A program made the translations under genes and the position numbers. This document shows positions 48,746-54,440 of a stretch of DNA of 54,440 nt, one piece after another; position 1 is the stretch's first letter; each line of letters starts with the position of its first letter. The DNA lies in assembly GCF_001194135.2 (NCBI RefSeq), contig NC_068999.1:54442746-54497185 (forward strand), read 5' to 3'. Origin of the DNA: Octopus bimaculoides (lineage: Eukaryota). A model generated the notes under the pieces. The model saw nothing but the letters and a program-made list of their open reading frames with translations. It ran no database searches and had not been told where the DNA came from.

Positions 48746-49728
48746 CTGTATTGGATAGAAAGATTGTTTTAGCCAACATTAAATAAACTGTATTGGAACT
48801 TGGCAACCTAGCAGAGACAACACAGATAACCTAAGTCAGCAGGTGACAGGAATTTTAGCAAGCGGGGTCACTAATTCATAGTCTGGTTCTGTGATGATGG
48901 TCAGTACACTTGACCATCAACAATCCAACCCACTAGCAGTAAGTAGGTACCACTGTATGTATCTCAGTGTACTACATCCATGACCAACACAACAATCAAC
49001 AGTCTAGTCTATCTGTATAGGCACCAGGCTTACTGTGAAGGCAGGTGGCTCAGTGGTTAGAGTATTCAGCTGATGATCGTAAGGTCATGAGTATGGTGTA
49101 TGATTCACAACTGTGAAAAAACAAAAGCCCCTACACAAAACTCCATTAATAATCATTCGTAGGGAAACCAGAGACAAATACCACTCCAGGGGAAGGAGAG
49201 GATCCTGAGAGGGAGAGAAAAAAATTACTGCAGTAACAGATGGAAGGAAGATATAACACAGCAGTGTGTTCAGTTACTCAAGGCTTCCTTATCACTGGGG
49301 CGTGTGTATATAGTTACACATCACATGTAAAAAAGGGTTGTTTTTAATGATTTATGGCTTAGAGGGTTTAAGGGCCCATGTAGGACTAGCATATTCCATG
49401 GGAGAAGATTGAAATGCTTTAAGGTTGATAACCTTATTTCATGTGTGATGGTGGTGGTGGCTGGAGTAGAACGAAGAGTAGATTGTTAGAATAGCAGAGT
49501 GAAGGGTCAGCTGGAGTATCAGAGAGAGTAGTGGAGCATTGAGTGAAATGCTGTGGGGTACTTTGTTTGCCTTTAGAGTTTTGAGTTCAAATCCTGCCTG
49601 TGTTGTCTTTCATTCTTCAGGAAATACGGGTAGAAGTGTCAATTGAAACACCCACCCCACATGCTGTGCCAATGTAAAGTAAACTCCTAATTAAACAACA
49701 ACAACAACAGCAGCAGCAGCTTTATTAC

Positions 49729-49899
49729 CTGAATATCAGAGTCTGAGTGAATGGGTTCAGCAGAGTTTGACTCTGATGGCGGTTCACTGACAACGTCATC
49801 CATAGCGTCACCCCTGGCAGAGATTGGGTCCATATGGATCACTTCCGATGGTGCTGCCATTTGTGGCATGGAGGTGGAGGCTTGAGAAGAACTGGCTCC
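49729..49899 (-). CDS. PELP1: PELP1-like exon (GASSSQ...HSDSDIQ)
   Basis: ctctctcttccag acceptor, gtaata donor, 57 codons, phase 0-0; Ser/Pro/Asp-rich. Confidence 0.72.
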
Positions 49900-50119
49900 C
49901 TGGAAGAGAGAGAGATCCCACATAAATCAGAGAGAATAAAATCGGCATCAGTGGTGAGACAAGGGGCCACCTATGAAATGGCAGAACCTTGAAGTTTTGA
50001 TTTCCTACTGAGAGAAATGAACTAATGTGGAGAAACAATTGGAATGGAAGGATAAACAGCAAAGTTGATGTCAGTGAGAGGGAAGGGATTAATCAGTTAT
50101 ATATGCTGTGGCTGATGCC

Positions 50120-50530
50120 AGTGTCATCTAACTAGCACCTGTGCCATTGGCACGTGAAAAGCATCTTTCGAGTGTTGGGCCCCACAAAGACAATGTGGCC
50201 GATGCTGGTGTCGTGTAACTAGCACTCATGCTGGTGGCTCATAAAAAGCACATTTCGAGCATTGCGCCTCATGGAGGTAAATACAAATTACAGAGACCTT
50301 TGGCAATATGCCGTGCTTCACAAGAAGACCCACCAAGCCAAGTGAAATCGTAGTTGTGGCAAACACTGGTGTTACACAACTGGAACCCGTGCCCATGGCA
50401 TGTAAAAGCATCCATTACACTCTCAGAGTGGTTGGCATTAGGAAAGGCATTCAGCACTCAACTGCTAAGCTCTTTCTCAACTCCTCATCAAACCCATGCC
50501 AGCATGGAAAAGCAAACATAAAATGAATGA
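50120..50530 (+). mobile_element. SINE-like composite repeat
   Basis: Same family as 17620 and 53560 (gtaaaagc...gagtggttggcattaggaa). Confidence 0.7.
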
Positions 50531-51665
50531 ACATATGTGTCTTTCTCTCACTGATGTAGAAGACGGGCAGTGACAAGGACCCACACAAGCCCACTCAAAC
50601 TAATGAGGTTGATGTGGTTCGTTAAGCCTGAACATCATCTGCAAAACCACCACGGGTAGGGAAAACCCAGCCAAAGACATCCAGGAGTCAGGTGACGGTA
50701 TTAACCTAGGCCTGCAAAAATATGTCAACTGAATCAGAAAATAATTCAAAGTACTTCTGAAATCCTTACAGCTGAACATCAATTTTGCCACCTTTAGAAG
50801 GTCCTTTTTTGGGGGTGTGGAGGGGAGAAGAGTAGAAACTTATATAAAGCAAGCCAGTCAAATGCAGCCTGGAAACTATAACCTATGTACAAGTAAGTTA
50901 ATCAAATGCTGCTTGTAAATTAGCAAAGCAATCTATAAGCTGACACTCCAGGGACAGTTTTCTATTGACATTATTTTCTGAATTAGATTTAACAACCTGG
51001 TTGCCACCCTGTTGCAGCAAGTATTGAACGAGCCAAATATTGAACAAGTTAACAAGGTCAAAGATCCAATGTAAAGTGCGAATATGTCCTGGATAATCTT
51101 TGTACTTCTGCAATTAGGTGCAGACCAACTTGGTTATTGAGGCATGAAAGACATCATCTTGATGCTGGTGTCTTTCATGCCAGCTGACACTGTCCTTGTA
51201 TGTTACGGTGCAAACAAGGCTGTGCATTGGCAAAAGCTCTTCCTTGTATAAGGAGAAAGGTAATATGTTCAGTGTTGTATTATATTAACAATTGTGGAGC
51301 AAACATCAGCGAAAAAAATCTAAAGAATAAAAAAAGTGCCTTTCTTGAAATATTTATTCTACTCCAAATCAGACACTCCCCTCTTAATCTTGCTGTCCGA
51401 AATGCAGCAAACTTATGACTAGTCTATTGGTAACTTGTAATTAACGATGCTACTCCTTACTAATTGCAATATAAAATAAAGTATTTTCTCATTACATTTT
51501 AATTTTGTAGACCACTTCAAACACAATTCATGTAATTTTAAGATTTCTAAGATGAAAACAGACTAGCAATGATGAATTACAAAGAAATGATGTTATCAAA
51601 ATTCAAATTTCAAATACAAACATAAAAACGTGTGTGGCATGTGCTATGTCAATTTTCCCACTGAC

Positions 51666-51992
51666 CTCGTCAAAAGAGATAGTCTTCTTAAAGCTGTCTG
51701 TGTTCGATTGGCTGAGAGAGAGGGTAGGCAAGTAAGCGAGAGATTCTGAACTAACATTTGTCTGTTTTTGTTGTGTTCCGCCAAATTCTGTTTGTAGTGG
51801 GAAGCTGTTGAATGATGCCTGTCTAGGTTCCGATTCAGGAAGGTTTTCCATCATCCACATACTTGGTCGACTAGAACTGATTTTGACAGTTTCGGACTGT
51901 GGCTGTGTTGATACAGTCTGGAACATGACAGAGCGGCAAGCAATAGCTATGAACTCAAAACTACTCATGGCTTCTTGACAATAACTGGAAAC
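51666..51992 (-). CDS. PELP1: PELP1-like exon (VSSYCQEAMSSFEF...KKTISFDE)
   Basis: ttttacag acceptor, gtcagt donor, 109 codons, phase 0-0. Confidence 0.8.
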
Positions 51993-53253
51993 CTGTAAAA
52001 GAACATAACAGAATAACTAAAATCTGAACATATATATATATGTATAAGACATCACAAACATTAATTCAAGACAGAAAAGTACAACGGCTCATGGACAAGG
52101 CTTGAACTAAATATCTAATCATGTCCATATTATCTATAACAACAAATTGTAGACTTTCCTGTCATAGACGACTGATGGGAGTTGTGCAATTTCTTGCAGA
52201 ACCCACACTCCTGATGATTTGCTTATGCTGTACATTAGCTCACTGCTTTCAAATTTACATGGTGGTGGTAATGATGGAAATAATGGCAGTGTTAATAATG
52301 ATAGTAGGTGACTGTGAGGGGAGTTGTTGCTGTTTAACCCTAGGCCAGTCCTGATCAAATAGACCAATGATCAGAGAGATTCTAGCTACGACCACCACAT
52401 GCCAGATGTCAAAGTGATTGAATAGCAACATGAAACAAAATGTTTTCTCAAGAGCACAACACACTGCCTGGTCTGGGTATGAAGGCCACAACTGCAAGAT
52501 CATGAGTACGACACCCTAACCACTAGCTATGTGTCCTCACTACAACAACAACAAATACTACCTGCCATTCCACCTTCTTAAAAAAATTACAAAAAAAACC
52601 CTTTCTTTTTTCAGCTATAGATACATGGTCTCAATCCAGTGAGTGGGACCTCTTTTGCTTTCCTCTCTTATACTATCTACTATCACTTAAAAATCAATTA
52701 ATCCATAATTTGAAGAGATGTAGCAATGTGGAGTCAGTTGTCATAGCAGAATAGATGTAGTGAATTGTGTGATACAAGTTATCACAAAATACATGTAGCA
52801 CTTGCAGAAAGTAGGATTGTAAGGAATCTTGCAGTGTTTATGCTTTTATAAGATTATTAAAGCAGAAAATAAAGCTGTTTGACCAAGACCTGAAAGCACA
52901 GTGTGGATATGATCTGACTGCAGAATGTGATGGTGGTGATGATGATTACGATAACGATGGAAATAATGATAGTGTTTATGATTGTCACAGTTGTTGCTGT
53001 TTAATTCTAGGTCAGCCCTGATCAAACAGACCAATGAACAAAGAGATTCTAGCTATGACCACCCGTCGTTTTTTCTTTCAGACAGTGTACTTCAGACTAT
53101 TCAATGCGTTTGTCTTTGGGAGATGGTCAGAAGTGATTTGACGGAAATTCAACTGTTACTTCTAACAAGTCAAAGAACCATGTAACCTCCTTCAATGGTT
53201 TGTGTTGTTGATGATGATGATGATGACAATGGTGTTGATAATGTAAGACTTAC

Positions 53254-53454
53254 CTCTAAATCAGTGTCTTCCTGCGATGCTCGGTTCAACAGGGACATAA
53301 TAGCAGCTATGGGAGGACTGTAGTAGGCATGACGGACTGTACCCAGAGCCACTAAACAGTGGTATTGCTCTTTCCGACGCTTACCAGTCATTTGGTGTGG
53401 AAACTGCTGCAGGAGTGAAGTCTCGATGCATTGCAACAACGATACCTGAATGTC
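53254..53454 (-). CDS. PELP1: PELP1-like internal exon (DIQVSLL...RKEQYHCLVAL...SPPIAA...QEDTDLE)
   Basis: Strong polypyrimidine acceptor and GTAAGT donor, 67 codons. Joined to the next exon it gives QEDTDLEVSSYCQEAM, versus human PELP1 as recalled: RRELYCLLLAL...PPPLA...QREDSLEVSSFCSEAL. Confidence 0.82.
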
Positions 53455-53559
53455 CTGGATGAAAAGGGGAAAGAGTCACCATCACCTTGTTGGTAATTCA
53501 TTAAAAAAATCATGACCGCCATGTTTGTTGGTAGTTGCTGTTATATACCAGTGTACAAG

Positions 53560-53770
53560 ACATACTTTTTTCAGTGTCACATAAAAGCACTCATGCTGGT
53601 GCCATGTTAAAAGCACTCAGCACACACTGTAAAGTGGTTGGTGTTAGGAGGGGCATCCAGCCATAGAAACCAAGGCAAATAAGACTGGAACCTGGTGCAG
53701 CTCCCCTGCTTGCCAGCTCTAGTCAAACTGTCCAACCCATGCCAGCATGGAAAACAGACGTCAAAGGATC
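53560..53770 (+). mobile_element. SINE-like repeat
   Basis: aaaagcac...gtggttggtgttaggagggcatccagc family. Confidence 0.72.
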
Positions 53771-54189
53771 ATGATATAACAAAAAATTGCCATGCGTCTG
53801 ATGCAATCATATTATGGATGCTATACTGAACATATGATGAAACATTAAATTTCTTTTTACTACAAAATATACTTTTAAAGTAGGTGTACATCTTATATGC
53901 TGGCAAATACGGTAATTAAAACTAAAACCAATATCATGTTGATAATTGAAAATGGAATAAAAAAGTGAAAAGTAAAAATTTCTATAACGAATTTTTATAC
54001 TCAAGAGAATCCACAGTGGTTTGAATGAAAGATATAACATAATGCCTGGATTATTAACACATTCATCTGGTCCTTGGGTGTTGCTGGCTTTGAACAGTGG
54101 TCCTAACACACGAGCAGGTCCTTGGGTTGCCTTTAGCAGAACTTATTTTACTATATTTTGATCAAGTCACTATTGTAAAGACTATTGCA

Positions 54190-54440
54190 GTGATTGCCTG
54201 GAGGACTATGATAAATAAGAGGGGGCTGAGGACGGAACCTTGGTGGACCCCTACCTCGACCCGGAATTCATTGCTGTACTCATTTCCAACCCTCACCTTA
54301 CTGGCAGCATCTCTGTACATGGCTCGCACAGCTCTCACTAACCATTCTTCTATCCCAAGTTTCCTCATTGACCACCAGATAAGGGATCGGGGGACCCTGT
54401 CAAAGGCTTTCTCCATGTCAACGAAAGCCAGGTACAGAGG
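54190..54440 (-). mobile_element. RTE-clade LINE reverse transcriptase fragment with open frame (runs off the window)
   Basis: LYLAFVDMEKAFDRVP...GVHQGSVLSPLLF with no stops; breaks off abruptly at about 54190. Confidence 0.92.

Noticed and set aside
52134-52367. ORF segment SELMYSISKSSGVWVLQEIAQLPSVVYDRK as a PELP1 exon
   Set aside because: Phase-2 acceptor and weak donor; the flanking exons splice directly in frame and restore the PELP1 motif.
52250-53060. Two similar ~130-nt segments at 52250 and 52925
   Set aside because: The same family also occurs at about 36140-36270 and 41510; ordinary interspersed repeat.
1-54440. CRISPR arrays, tRNA or rRNA genes, prokaryotic systems
   Set aside because: None seen; the tRNA-like A/B boxes all belong to SINE heads.

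Overview
AT-rich animal genomic DNA. TA microsatellites and the dense SINE/RTE/Tc1-mariner/piggyBac content suggest a coleoid cephalopod, probably Octopus (inference). Three protein-coding genes can be assembled by hand with phase-consistent GT-AG splicing. (1) A complete eIF4A (eIF4A1/2-type DEAD-box helicase), + strand, 10 coding exons at 6955-26041, about 403 aa. (2) A complete RNF168-like E3 ligase, + strand, 4 exons at 33615-46432, about 436 aa, with RING, MIU1, MIU2 and LRM. (3) The 3' part of a convergent PELP1-like gene, - strand, 4 exons at 53454-48650. Most other ORFs in the track are transposon fossils or noise. The best candidate for something undescribed is a ~270-nt element present twice, once in each intron flanking eIF4A exon 5. 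It has long invariant blocks, pairing-preserving substitutions and a 3' ACA, so it looks like an intronic sno/scaRNA-like RNA, but I cannot assign it to a family. Also notable are long foldback hairpins (possible ADAR substrates), several candidate alternative or poison cassettes at the eIF4A 5' end, a duplicated 23-mer around the eIF4A promoter, and an eIF4A-RNF168-PELP1 linkage that mirrors human 17p13/3q27-29. No databases were searched: family calls rest on remembered motifs, and repeat boundaries are approximate.
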